Below are positions 11,101 to 19,793 of a DNA stretch of 64,000 nt, one piece after another; positions within the stretch are counted from its first letter, which is position 1, and every line of letters starts with the position of its first letter. Both the position numbers and the translations under genes were made by a program. The stretch is from a virus. Taxonomy: Duplodnaviria; Caudoviricetes. Under the pieces are notes generated by a model that saw nothing but the letters and a program-made list of their open reading frames with translations, had not been told where the DNA came from and did no database searches. Location of the stretch: positions 96,001 to 160,000 of the IMG/VR virus record IMGVR_UViG_3300031867_000001; one strand, given 5' to 3'.

Positions 11101-12502
11101 ATGTTGTTGTCAAGTGTAATGGTTTCAGTGCCGATGGTTTTGGTACATCATTCACAGATGTCAATTTATCAAACGTCACGTTGTTCAATTTCAATTGACC
11201 AATTTGATTACGCAACTTTTCTTCACGTGGGTTGGTAATTGTTCGGTTTACGTCCTTGACATCTGGTGCGGACACCGAATTCTCAATCTTCTTGGATGCT
11301 TGTTGAATCAATTGTTTTTCAACCGAATTTGCATCTACTGGTGTGATATCATCTGCCAAATGTTTATAAGAATTCACTGCAGATGTATCTGGATTAATCT
11401 TCTGCATTAATGACGCATTGATGTCAAATGCTTTGGCGGCATACAATTGTTGCTTGTTGGAGACTTTGTTTGTTAAATCTGTATCATCAACTTCATTCAA
11501 TTCCGAATCCGTATTCTTATGATTCATGGAAATCTTTTCAATGGAAGCTTGTAATGATTTCATAACCGACTGATGGGAATTCTGTAAAGATTGGATATCC
11601 ATGTCCTTTTCAGAAATCTTAGTACCATCATTCGATGTCTTCTCAACCGTTTCTTTTTGTTTAACGATTTCATTTGCTGCAACAATGTTTGCATCTTCTT
11701 CTGGGGTTTCTGCCAATTCATTCTTCTCTTCATCCGTTGATACATCTTCTTCTGATTCTTCTTCATTGGATGTATTCACAGCCGCTTCCACACCAAACTT
11801 ATTCAGCATAGAACGAAGACGTTGGGCATCGTTCTTATTGAATTGACGTAAATCAAACTTGTAATCAGCATCACCCGTTTTGAAAATGATTGTATATTCC
11901 AAATGTGGAAGTTTGGATTCGCTCAACAATAAGTATGCACAAACCAATCCATTGATTAAGTCATATTGTAACATATCCAATGTTGGATTTTTATAAATCT
12001 TAACACGCTTTGTGTCTACAACAATGACTTTTCGTTTTAATCCAAATGCAAATGGACGAATGATGTCACCAAATACTTGGAAGAAGTTATCTTTCAAATA
12101 TCCAATACTAAACTGATGTAGTAACTGATTACCTCGTTTCATCAGTTCACTCATACTAACATACAAGTTTTCTGATACTGTAGATGGATATGGATAACGA
12201 AGCATTGTCAATCGTGGTTGCAATGTTTTATTCTGTTGATTTAAATATGCAACCTTTTTCGTATATTCAGATTGTTGAATTAAGTATCTGAATGGACGAC
12301 CACCAATCTTTGTGATCAATCGATACGGTATTGCAAACACTTTGTAATCTGTTTTTGGTTGTGGTATATTGCGAATTAATTCAATATCATATTCAAATGA
12401 ATCGGTCGCTAACATAACCACAACACCTTTCTTCTCCTGTGGAAGACGGAGTCGTTGTGGGATCGGAACATAAGATCCAGCTGAATCCATATTAATAGCC
12501 AA
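8180..12502 (-). CDS. rpoB: Phage multisubunit RNA polymerase beta-like subunit, N-terminal/main part (probably virion RNAP)
   Basis: Beta motifs: NPMVELHARETISKKGFRG (cf. NPLSEITHKRRISALGPGG), SPNSGNVGIARQL (cf. TPEGPNIGL), YSTYEDSGVM (cf. YNFEDS), VGDEVEIGDPL, GDKLTNYSCMKQICSEVIP...APSSILKRM (cf. GDKMAGRHGNKGVIS...NPLGVPSRM). The protein ends before the beta C-terminal region and has a long N-terminal extension. Start taken as TTG 12502 after AAGGAG (track: GTG 12511). Confidence 0.93.
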   Translation of the reverse strand: MAINMDSAGSYVPIPQRLRLPQEKKGVVVMLATDSFEYDIELIRNIPQPKTDYKVFAIPYRLITKIGGRPFRYLIQQSEYTKKVAYLNQQNKTLQPRLTMLRYPYPSTVSENLYVSMSELMKRGNQLLHQFSIGYLKDNFFQVFGDIIRPFAFGLKRKVIVVDTKRVKIYKNPTLDMLQYDLINGLVCAYLLLSESKLPHLEYTIIFKTGDADYKFDLRQFNKNDAQRLRSMLNKFGVEAAVNTSNEEESEEDVSTDEEKNELAETPEEDANIVAANEIVKQKETVEKTSNDGTKISEKDMDIQSLQNSHQSVMKSLQASIEKISMNHKNTDSELNEVDDTDLTNKVSNKQQLYAAKAFDINASLMQKINPDTSAVNSYKHLADDITPVDANSVEKQLIQQASKKIENSVSAPDVKDVNRTITNPREEKLRNQIGQLKLNNVTFDKLTSVNDVPKPSALKPLHLTTTSRPALRATGFTNIAKEYEDKLMDRDIVATLMTLSKPSDGFYVTNVEVTDISTCVSMLNNWKVSLKNKQSGLTSTVNIVVPKMLNGRYYYNGTWYSIDKQEFPIPVLKIDPKTVMITSNYNKITVARYDTKSLVDVSAMLKTVNKLEDANGKNRYIKPGSSVNSNAHYISTIEYDEYAKVWYSFTNREQDCEIVFNRNECLKMWQFVAVNANEFCCGMINKVPVIVNTETGLTRQGITITETILQMLPPDVQQAYIKTKPGKTSMYSTIKIGNTVPLGVAICAWEGLNSLLKNSNCKYKIVDQRFRDPHYIVFNFKDKAIAIENTIGNQLLFNGLYRINTKAYNIEEFETPIMESNSIYVDIFNQLFFTQYSQLTTFITYYNFFMDAITHDVCNHYNLPNTLIGLLIYSSNLLVDNSAMSENNAALYRVRSSEIIPAMIHYHLAVAMSNFNNRTGSRARANKLQFNPNCIMKELTDTQTIKCLTALNPMVELHARETISKKGFRGVNNDRAYTEARRSFEDSMVGKLAISSPNSGNVGIARQLVADPKIESVRGYTSTDGIDANYDDLQLASFSELLTPGSVSRDDAIRTAIGTSQTSHTVSTADAQPVLISNGMDEIVPAYLTEQFSVMAEEDGTVIELNEGYMIVQYKSGKKKAINIDHKYAFNDGGGFYVDNKLTPNYQAGDKFKRGEILAYHEKFFSKDSTGQVRMNVGPLAKVAFMGCYSTYEDSGVMTTKMSKRLATKVTMCEIIKLDCTEDIEKIVHVGDEVEIGDPLLVFGLGNTGDKSVDNFLRAFGGDEESFKRTIDAKHAGTIVDVRMYTNKAMDKLSPSLYNILNGYFTANKKKRKILDKYDKSNAVYKLDTLFSLPTEPLKTPSLKGINTDVLIEVYIEHEDDMSVGDKLTNYSCMKQICSEVIPEGLEPYAESTPDEEISVFQAPSSILKRMVPSVVVTAAGNKVLVNLKRQVKDLWENS

Positions 12503-12539
12503 TATTATCACTCCTTAAAAATGAAAGTGGGGGATTTTT

Positions 12540-12728
12540 ATGTGTGATTATGAAATATGTCCAACATGTGGTGCAACTTTGGATTGTTTTGAAAAGTGTT
12601 CAATATGCAATCCACGTGTTGCTCCAATACCAATTCTTGTACACCCATCCTCAAAAGATGGGGTTATACACAAGTCAGAATCCATTATTCAGAAAGAAGG
12701 TTATGAAAATGATGATGAAAGCAAGTGA
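12540..12728 (+). CDS. Small zinc-ribbon protein
   Basis: CPTCGATLDCFEKCSIC (two CxxC pairs); G-rich SD-like sequence upstream. Confidence 0.55.
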   Translation: MCDYEICPTCGATLDCFEKCSICNPRVAPIPILVHPSSKDGVIHKSESIIQKEGYENDDESK

Positions 12729-12960
12729 CAAACGATTTATATGTATTGATGATATTACCGGAGCACCATCGTCCATGAACACGGTAATCTACAATCCACT
12801 ATTATCAAAAGAACGTAATGAAGAAATATTACACAAAGCAATTCTGTCACAACTATGGGTTGATTTAACGGATGATCAATTGGATGAATTAACATCATAT
12901 GACAAATATCATCTTGATGATTTCATTGAACATTTAAGAAGTATTATCTATAAAAAATAA
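12709..12960 (+). CDS. Hypothetical protein (~83 aa)
   Basis: 3' part of track ORF 12544..12960; ATG 12709 follows AGAAGG; overlaps the end of the previous gene and stops at a terminator. Confidence 0.55.
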   Translation: MMMKASDKRFICIDDITGAPSSMNTVIYNPLLSKERNEEILHKAILSQLWVDLTDDQLDELTSYDKYHLDDFIEHLRSIIYKK

Positions 12961-12967
12961 AAAATAA

Positions 12968-12993
12968 TGTGCGGGGGTTTATACCCCCGCACA
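12968..12993. terminator. Bidirectional hairpin terminator
   Basis: TGTGCGGGGGT-TTAT-ACCCCCGCACA between convergent genes. Confidence 0.8.
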
Positions 12994-13026
12994 CTATCAC
13001 TTCCTTCTGTTCTTGTTGTCTGTTGC

Positions 13027-13389
13027 TTAGCCCAGGCTCTTGACCCAGTCGTAGGTCTCCTTTAAGAAGCCCTCGAAGATCTCCACCTCGCAGTCAGTCA
13101 TGGAGATGCCATAACGATAGTGATCCGGCTGCCAGCGCATGAGCGCAATGAGCGACTGCTCACGAAGCCAGCCGATTGCATCGGTTTCAGGCATCCACTT
13201 CAGGACTTCATTGAACCTCCTGACATCAGATGAGCCCAGGTCACCGTCTCCCTCGGTGGTAGCACATACCTGGAAGCGGTATGCACGGAAAGGTACGAGA
13301 TAACCCTTCTCGCTGTGGTCGATCGTCTCAACCTTGAGACACGGGATTGTGCAGTTCAGCTCGTGCAGTACAGAAATAGCATTAGTCAT
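13027..13389 (-). CDS. Hypothetical early protein (~120 aa)
   Basis: SD AAGGAGGAATT before ATG 13389; GC-richer than flanks; has its own early-promoter-like motif. Confidence 0.75.
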   Translation of the reverse strand: MTNAISVLHELNCTIPCLKVETIDHSEKGYLVPFRAYRFQVCATTEGDGDLGSSDVRRFNEVLKWMPETDAIGWLREQSLIALMRWQPDHYRYGISMTDCEVEIFEGFLKETYDWVKSLG

Positions 13390-13461
13390 TGTCAATTCCT
13401 CCTTAGAATTGTTTATAAAGGTTTATATTTTCTTTGATAAGAGTCAGCTTGCTTATTCCCT

Positions 13462-13488
13462 TATCATATTAATTATATATATTTGAAA
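13462..13488 (-). promoter_or_regulatory. Putative phage early promoter
   Basis: TATCATATTAATTATATATATTTGAAA; 13453-13488 is identical to 55505-55540 (36 bp). Confidence 0.75.
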
Positions 13489-13511
13489 AATCAAAATAAT
13501 AGAAAAAATAC

Positions 13512-13538
13512 ATATGCGGGGGATGGACCCCCGCATAT
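13512..13538. terminator. GC-rich hairpin terminator
   Basis: ATATGCGGGGG-ATGGA-CCCCCGCATAT after the stop of the 13550 gene. Confidence 0.8.
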
Positions 13539-13549
13539 CATCACATATA

Positions 13550-13993
13550 TTACTTCTTCTTGAAGTCATCTGTATGCTGCTTGAGATAGTACTCATCATG
13601 TGCAGCAGTCGTGGAAGTGTACTCCTCACCCTTGCGATCACCCATCTGGATAATACCGGTCTTGGTCTTCTCTTCCTTATGAACCATCTTCAATGTTGCA
13701 GGTGCTGTATTACCATCCGGAGCCGGAAGATTGATTGCACGGCTCTCATCCTGCATGTACTTTGTGATTACATTCGGAAGCTGCTCTGCAAGAGGAGTTA
13801 CATCAAAATCATTGATCTCATCAATGATTCCGAGTTCAGCTTCACAAGACGGAAATCCGGCACGCTTGATGCCCTTCTTCAGCGTCTCGCGAAACGCCGT
13901 CTGAATCTCAGCGGTGTCACCACTCTTGTTGTTGACAGCCTTGTTACTCCACTCACAAATCGCTGCGATGGAATGTCCCTTTGTTGTAATCAT
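13550..13993 (-). CDS. Early protein, possibly a divergent HU/IHF-like DNA-binding protein
   Basis: SD AAGGAGG; strongly biased codons; helical N-half, then INLP...ATLKMVHKEEKTKTG...KGEEYTSTTAAHDEYYLK, loosely like the HU beta-arm. The family call is tentative. Confidence 0.5.
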   Translation of the reverse strand: MITTKGHSIAAICEWSNKAVNNKSGDTAEIQTAFRETLKKGIKRAGFPSCEAELGIIDEINDFDVTPLAEQLPNVITKYMQDESRAINLPAPDGNTAPATLKMVHKEEKTKTGIIQMGDRKGEEYTSTTAAHDEYYLKQHTDDFKKK

Positions 13994-14047
13994 ATCGATT
14001 ACCTCCTTAATGTAAAATTATATGCAAACATCATGTATGATGTTTCA

Positions 14048-14073
14048 TACTCATCAATTATATGTATTTCTAA
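14048..14073 (-). promoter_or_regulatory. Degenerate early-promoter-like motif
   Basis: ...TCAATTATATGTATTTC..., a partial match to the early motif, upstream of the 13993 gene and followed by a 5' hairpin (AAACATCAT/ATGATGTTT). Confidence 0.45.
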
Positions 14074-14111
14074 AATGTAAATTAAATGATAACATTTTTA
14101 ATTTATATGCA

Positions 14112-14309
14112 TTACATTTCAATCAAACCATCAGACACACCAACTGTATCCATTAATGTTTCTTTTGTAATTTCAGTACCATCCATTTGGTTTATCACAA
14201 TCATACCTTTGTTCAGTAGATTGATGATATCTGATTGAGTTGCGGTCATTAAATCACCAACATGTTTGTGATTTGCATCCATAATCGTAATATTATATGT
14301 CATTATCAT
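14112..14309 (-). CDS. Hypothetical protein (65 aa)
   Basis: ORF track; CAGGTGA SD; tight operon-like spacing. Confidence 0.65.
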   Translation of the reverse strand: MIMTYNITIMDANHKHVGDLMTATQSDIINLLNKGMIVINQMDGTEITKETLMDTVGVSDGLIEM

Positions 14310-14331
14310 TCACCTGATTTCTTTTGTTTAT

Positions 14332-14745
14332 TTAATATATGTGATTAAAATAAGATGTTATCATCCCATGTGTAATGGTTAAACCATCAAATGGTAACAT
14401 ATTAATTGATAATATGATGTATGCGTTTGGAACACGATAGTTCATTGATTGAATGAACTTTACTAATAGTTCTATATATTCGGTTCCAAATTTAATAGAT
14501 TCCAAATCAGGAATCCCATCTGATGATGATACTTCATATGGAAATTCAAATAACGAGATGGATTCAATATGTTCTCCCATATAAGCGAATCTCGTTTTGA
14601 TTTCATCAATGATCATATTAGATAATTCATATACAGCTTTTGTTTCTCTTGGGGTATCCGCTAATGTAATACCACGATATGTTTTGTAATAATGCAATAA
14701 TCCGACTGATAATATTTCAATGAATTCTCTGAATGGAATGTTCAT
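14332..14745 (-). CDS. Hypothetical protein (137 aa)
   Basis: ORF track; SD GAGGAGGTG. Confidence 0.75.
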   Translation of the reverse strand: MNIPFREFIEILSVGLLHYYKTYRGITLADTPRETKAVYELSNMIIDEIKTRFAYMGEHIESISLFEFPYEVSSSDGIPDLESIKFGTEYIELLVKFIQSMNYRVPNAYIILSINMLPFDGLTITHGMITSYFNHIY

Positions 14746-14773
14746 ATATCCACCTCCTCTTCCACATAAAATA

Positions 14774-14785
14774 TATAGATTTGTT
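14774..14785 (-). promoter_or_regulatory. Putative late promoter variant AACA-N6-TA
   Basis: Minus strand AACA-AATCTA-TA between a terminator and the SD. Confidence 0.45.
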
Positions 14786-14803
14786 TATTACAAATAATCA
14801 TTA

Positions 14804-14834
14804 TGTTATACGGGGGATCATCCCCCGTATAACA
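14804..14834. terminator. Hairpin terminator
   Basis: TGTTATACGGGGGAT-C-ATCCCCCGTATAACA after the 14847 stop. Confidence 0.8.
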
Positions 14835-14846
14835 AATGTAACGTAA

Positions 14847-15875
14847 TTACCAATCTAACTCGTCATCACCACCACCAGACGATGAAGTATCATTCGTGGT
14901 TGTGGTTGGCTTTGTAACTTTTTTGACATTCTCTTTTGCTTCTGCAGCAGCACGTGAATCATAGTGTGCGATTTGAGCACGCAGATTCTCCATCTTGATA
15001 TTGTACTTCTTCATGTTCTGAACATACTTAGATTCAACCTTCTTCTGACGATTGCTTTCAGGAATCTTCATATATTCATCATATGCTTTCTTAGTCTCTT
15101 CAAATAATGTCTGTGTTGCATAAAAAGCATTTACTTTCTTATCATAATGACTGGTCAGTACATTATTGATGAAAGACACGGGATTGAATTGATCGAACTT
15201 ACCAAAGATCCAATCCAACAATTCATTTGTATCATGAAGCCACTCCTTGGCAGACTTCTTGGTTAACCAAGATGCAACCTTACCGACGGCTGTTCCAATG
15301 AATGTAAGTGATGCATCTTCTTGCATATACATATCTTCCATATAAGACTCTTGCTTGAGCTGAAGCGCTGATTTATTACTCTTGGAATGTTTCCGAATAT
15401 AATCGTCCACTTCCTTCTCAATGTTCTTATTATATGCTTTGATGAATTTAATCGCGGATTCTTTCTGGGAGATACGATTTGGTTTATAAACCAATCCCTT
15501 CTCCGTTGCAGTTGTGGAAGCATAGATTCTTGACAACTCAGCAACCAATACTCGATATCCACATGTGAAGAGAATTGTAAACATGATGTTTCTTTCATTC
15601 TTCTCATGTAAATATTCATTCACCATCTGCTTATAAATGGGACGATGGATTGCATTGAACATGTTATTCAACAAACTACGTTCGTTACTTGGATATCCTT
15701 TCAAGACACTCAAGTTTGCGAGCATCTCCTCAATGCCATGATACATCTTGGACTTGGTGATGTCACCACGCATCTTGTATTCATCACTACTCTTATTGGA
15801 ATAAATGTGATCAAGTTCCACAGAGAATGCAACGATCTTCTCTTCGTAACTTGCATTTTTATCAAATAAAGGCAT
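14847..15875 (-). CDS. Probable virion head protein (342 aa)
   Basis: SD GGAGGTG; central LKQESYMEDMYMQEDAS cluster matching the putative prohead-protease motif. Confidence 0.6.
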   Translation of the reverse strand: MPLFDKNASYEEKIVAFSVELDHIYSNKSSDEYKMRGDITKSKMYHGIEEMLANLSVLKGYPSNERSLLNNMFNAIHRPIYKQMVNEYLHEKNERNIMFTILFTCGYRVLVAELSRIYASTTATEKGLVYKPNRISQKESAIKFIKAYNKNIEKEVDDYIRKHSKSNKSALQLKQESYMEDMYMQEDASLTFIGTAVGKVASWLTKKSAKEWLHDTNELLDWIFGKFDQFNPVSFINNVLTSHYDKKVNAFYATQTLFEETKKAYDEYMKIPESNRQKKVESKYVQNMKKYNIKMENLRAQIAHYDSRAAAEAKENVKKVTKPTTTTNDTSSSGGGDDELDW

Positions 15876-15896
15876 TACATTTCACCTCCAACATCA

Positions 15897-17804
15897 TTAA
15901 CCGAGTAACTTAAACAGATCTCTCGTCTTTGTACCAGCTGTACTCAATTCAGCAAGCTGCTTCTGTACGGCTGCTAATGAATATACAACATACTCATTAT
16001 GTGTATCAGGAATCATCATCTTCAGAGACTCGCGGTCCTGATCAACAACGATTAATGCCATCATAAACAATTCCTTGCAGAATTTAGCAGCTGTTGAACC
16101 CTTCAGCAGATCGATCTCTGTTTCACTCTTTACCATCTCAACATCATTCTCGGAGATGATTAATGTTGCATTTGGAATTAATCCAGTTCTCGAATTTCCA
16201 GAAATCTGTTTTGCAACAAAGGAATCACCCTTCATATGAGCGAGCTGATACAATCTGCGATACCACTTTCTTTCAGGATTCTTGGAATCAATAGCAGTCT
16301 GCTTCTTCTCTTTAATATTAAAGACAAGATCCTTGAAGAACTTCAACTCACCAGCCTTATACTTAATCTTTCTGGTAAGTTCGTTCATTTCCTTGATGGG
16401 GAATTTAGCAACATCCGGAAGAGTAGAAGACTTGATGAGTCTGCAATTAACCTTAACACCACACAGGAACTCAATCGGATATTCCGTAACATCACCGTCA
16501 GGATTCTGTACACGAAGCTGAACCTTCATGAGATAAGGCTTCATGGTATTAAGCTTACGGATTTTCGTTTCATCCATAATCTCAGGAGCATGTGCCATTC
16601 TCTCACGAGCATCCTTATTCTTTTCCATCTGATAACGATGAAGCTGCCAATTCTTCTCGGTGTCTTTCATAGCCGCTTCCGCAGACAACTTTCTGCGGCG
16701 ATTGTATACTTCATTATCATATGTTGAGTCTTCGATGTCAGCAACGTCCTTTAGTGCCTTTGTTGCATCTGCCTGATTCTTTACTCTCTTATTACCAACA
16801 TCACCGACATAAGATGGAGCACCATTAATATCAGCAAGATCACGATTAAGCTTATCGAGCTCTCGCATTACTTTATTACCTTCAATAGCACCCTTACGGA
16901 TCTTAACACCTAAATCAGCAAGCTGTCTGCGATGCATTAAAATGTCGCGTTGCTCTTTTGCTTCAGCACGACGTTCCTGTGCTTGGTCGCGCTCTTCTTG
17001 TCTTTGAGCACGTCCTTCTTGTGCTTGAGCACGGGCATCTTGGTGTTGAGCACGCTGTTCAGCCGCGTCTTCATATTGACGACGACGATCTTCATTTTGC
17101 TGATTACGTTCAACCTTCTCATTCAGAACTGCATCTGCAACTTGACGATATCTTGCATACCTTTGACGTTCATCTGCTTCTCTTGATGGAGTTCTGTTTG
17201 GGTTATAAATTCTCGACCATTGATCCCATGTAATAATTTCAGGAAGATCTGGTGTATCTGCTTCTGCAAAGAAATGATCAAACTCTCCCAACTCACCATA
17301 CGAAACATGCTCGTTGATGATTTCTGCTTCATCATCTTCGATAGATATTACATCAAATTCAAACACGGTACTTCCATCAATCGATGTGATTTCGTTATGA
17401 CAAGCATCATGAGCAAATGAAATATCAGTATACTCCAAATACTTGGAAGTATTTGTCATATATTTACTCAAGAATCTACCATCTTCTGCATCTTTATGAC
17501 TGATGATTGGATTCATTGAGATTGCAACCTCCAACTGTGATGCATACAGCTGTTCCAGCAGACTACAAGTTGCTTCTGCAAAATCCAATTGAACAGAGTC
17601 TGAAACAAATACCGGAAATTCATAAACGTTCTTGGAAGCCATTCCGATAATGGATTTATTACCCTTATGACCCTTTAAGAACTTCTTAGCTGATTTGCCA
17701 TATAGATCTTTACCATTTTTAACTGTCGTCGCAATGACTTCCGCATCTGGTGGATTGATACCAACAAGCTGCATATATTTATTGTCATCATACTTACCGG
17801 CCAT
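15897..17804 (-). CDS. Probable virion head protein with a coiled-coil insert (~635 aa)
   Basis: SD AAGGAG; FDHFFAEAD motif followed by heptad repeats RAQHQDA-RAQAQEG-RAQRQEE-RDQAQER. Confidence 0.6.
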   Translation of the reverse strand: MAGKYDDNKYMQLVGINPPDAEVIATTVKNGKDLYGKSAKKFLKGHKGNKSIIGMASKNVYEFPVFVSDSVQLDFAEATCSLLEQLYASQLEVAISMNPIISHKDAEDGRFLSKYMTNTSKYLEYTDISFAHDACHNEITSIDGSTVFEFDVISIEDDEAEIINEHVSYGELGEFDHFFAEADTPDLPEIITWDQWSRIYNPNRTPSREADERQRYARYRQVADAVLNEKVERNQQNEDRRRQYEDAAEQRAQHQDARAQAQEGRAQRQEERDQAQERRAEAKEQRDILMHRRQLADLGVKIRKGAIEGNKVMRELDKLNRDLADINGAPSYVGDVGNKRVKNQADATKALKDVADIEDSTYDNEVYNRRRKLSAEAAMKDTEKNWQLHRYQMEKNKDARERMAHAPEIMDETKIRKLNTMKPYLMKVQLRVQNPDGDVTEYPIEFLCGVKVNCRLIKSSTLPDVAKFPIKEMNELTRKIKYKAGELKFFKDLVFNIKEKKQTAIDSKNPERKWYRRLYQLAHMKGDSFVAKQISGNSRTGLIPNATLIISENDVEMVKSETEIDLLKGSTAAKFCKELFMMALIVVDQDRESLKMMIPDTHNEYVVYSLAAVQKQLAELSTAGTKTRDLFKLLG

Positions 17805-17907
17805 TGTGATATTCACTCCTTAATTTGATATATTCGAAATTGTATTATAACCTCGGAGACCAATCGGTTATATTGAATAATTCCGTTATGATTGAGTCCC
17901 ACGTGTA

Positions 17908-18486
17908 TTATACGCCCTTATATAGTTTCATAGACTTTTCCAATTCCTTGGGGATTTTATCCATGAATGTAATAGTGACTTCCGTTCTTGGAGTTTTGGA
18001 ATAATACTTATGTGATTCCAAGTCACATACGATACAGTCATCAATCATGACACCTTTATGACCACGCTTCTTATTACCGACAATACTATCCATAATACTC
18101 TTTTCGAAATTATCCAAATCTCCACATCTTGTCCACGGACGTATGATTTTCATTTCAGCCAACATCTTTTGTGTTTTCGTAAATGAAGTTGGTGTATGTA
18201 CAAATAAATCAATCTTCATTTTACATGGTTTATCGATCCATAAACCACCAAGCTTCGGTGCAACTTCTCGAGAAAAGAATGCTGTATTTTTAGCAGCTCC
18301 AGGAACGTAGATTCTGTAACCAGATAACCGAGGACGTTGAGATGGTTTTGGTTCACGATTGATTGTAAACTTAACAGTTCTCCAACTGATCTTAGAAACA
18401 TAACCAACTGCACGCGCAACATTACACAGAACGGAGTCGGAAAGTTCCGACTCCATTTGTTTTACATTTTCATGATTGATGTCCAT
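17908..18486 (-). CDS. rusA: RusA-family Holliday junction resolvase
   Basis: EPKPSQRPR, DLDNFEKSIMDSI, DDCIVCD and KYYSKTPRTEVTI match the RusA signatures (DxDNxxKxxxD...DD). Start after GGAG at 18486 or 18492. Confidence 0.85.
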   Translation of the reverse strand: MDINHENVKQMESELSDSVLCNVARAVGYVSKISWRTVKFTINREPKPSQRPRLSGYRIYVPGAAKNTAFFSREVAPKLGGLWIDKPCKMKIDLFVHTPTSFTKTQKMLAEMKIIRPWTRCGDLDNFEKSIMDSIVGNKKRGHKGVMIDDCIVCDLESHKYYSKTPRTEVTITFMDKIPKELEKSMKLYKGV

Positions 18487-18505
18487 TATCATCTCTCCAA
18501 TTTGA

Positions 18506-19777
18506 TTAGTTTGCATAAATTCTGTAATCAATCAGAATTTCGAAATTGTCTTCAAGTGGAATGGAATTGAATGTATAATATGTGATGAGCTTGATTCGTT
18601 GTGCTTCGGAATTTGTTAATGCAGCGATTGATGGATCGGAAGTATCATTTAAATATGTCATGAACTTATTGGTTTCATATTGATACTCGCCACTCTGATT
18701 ATAGAATGCATTTACTTCAATATTGGTTTCCTTTGAGAATTCAGTCTTCAATGCATCATAGTCAAGTGTTGACGGACTGATGATGTATGTTGAGCAAGCA
18801 TTGTAGAATGCATTCAGATTCGGTTGAGATACAGTAAATGTCTCATGGAATGCTTCATCAAATGTTGCAAGAATTGTGGATGCATAAGATTTGATTCTTG
18901 TTGCTGCATCACTGGGTCTGTTATCATCATAAATGAGTGTGATCATTTCCACGACAATTTTCTGATAAAGTGTTTCCAACACATCACGAGTTCCAAGTGT
19001 TGTATCAAATGCAACCAATCCAAGTTCATTCAGCATTGCTGTTTCTGTATTACCAGCTGCTTCAAAATATGCTTTACAATCAGATTCATCGATTGATAAT
19101 TTGCACTCTGCATATGTCTCAATACGATTTGTCTTGGGTTGACCGTTCGTTGCATTTGGACCCAAATCGGCAGTCTGTACTGGATCGATATAATTCCACT
19201 TCTGTCCATCTACCCACCAAGAATGATAGATGTGTGGAAGTGCATCAAATTTCTTAATATAGTAAGACTTGATAGATGATGAAGTAGAACGATATATACC
19301 ACAATACTTATCCGCAATAGTTGGATCAATTGAAGAAGCGACTTGCTGGAACGGAATTGGTGAACGAAGATTGATGAATGAATAATTCGTATTCTTAGTT
19401 GTGATGGAATCTTCTGCACCACCACCATTACCAACCATAAAACCGCGAATGAAGAAGTTCTCAGCAATGTCAGATTCCATTGCAGTATACTGTGTTGGTG
19501 ATACACCAATACCCATCAATTCATTTAAATCGGGCATTGCCAAATTTGTATCACGACCACGATTGTCCGTATGAGCAGTTGTATGATAGGAATCCAGATA
19601 TAGATTAAAGATCTTCATCAAGATTGTTTGCATTCCAGAAATCGAAATGACATTATCACCTTCATCCCAAAATGAAACTTCGTTTGTGTTTTTATTTCTG
19701 CGATAAATTGTGATATGACCATGTAAACCACATGCTTTATCATTCAATGTAATCGCATCTTTGATATGCATATCCAT
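18506..19777 (-). CDS. Probable tail/baseplate structural protein (423 aa)
   Basis: G-h-h-x-I..N-x-I N-terminus, FMVGNGG, LNELGLVA and C-terminal IDYRIY pattern seen in phage tail/baseplate proteins; in the fibre operon. Confidence 0.55.
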   Translation of the reverse strand: MDMHIKDAITLNDKACGLHGHITIYRRNKNTNEVSFWDEGDNVISISGMQTILMKIFNLYLDSYHTTAHTDNRGRDTNLAMPDLNELMGIGVSPTQYTAMESDIAENFFIRGFMVGNGGGAEDSITTKNTNYSFINLRSPIPFQQVASSIDPTIADKYCGIYRSTSSSIKSYYIKKFDALPHIYHSWWVDGQKWNYIDPVQTADLGPNATNGQPKTNRIETYAECKLSIDESDCKAYFEAAGNTETAMLNELGLVAFDTTLGTRDVLETLYQKIVVEMITLIYDDNRPSDAATRIKSYASTILATFDEAFHETFTVSQPNLNAFYNACSTYIISPSTLDYDALKTEFSKETNIEVNAFYNQSGEYQYETNKFMTYLNDTSDPSIAALTNSEAQRIKLITYYTFNSIPLEDNFEILIDYRIYAN

Positions 19778-19793
19778 GATTTATAATCCTCCA

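Noticed and set aside
8180-12502. Intein or group I intron in the RNAP genes (introns occur in AR9-like phage RNAP genes)
   Set aside because: Reading frames are continuous, and no intein splice-junction or LAGLIDADG/HNH motifs were recognised.
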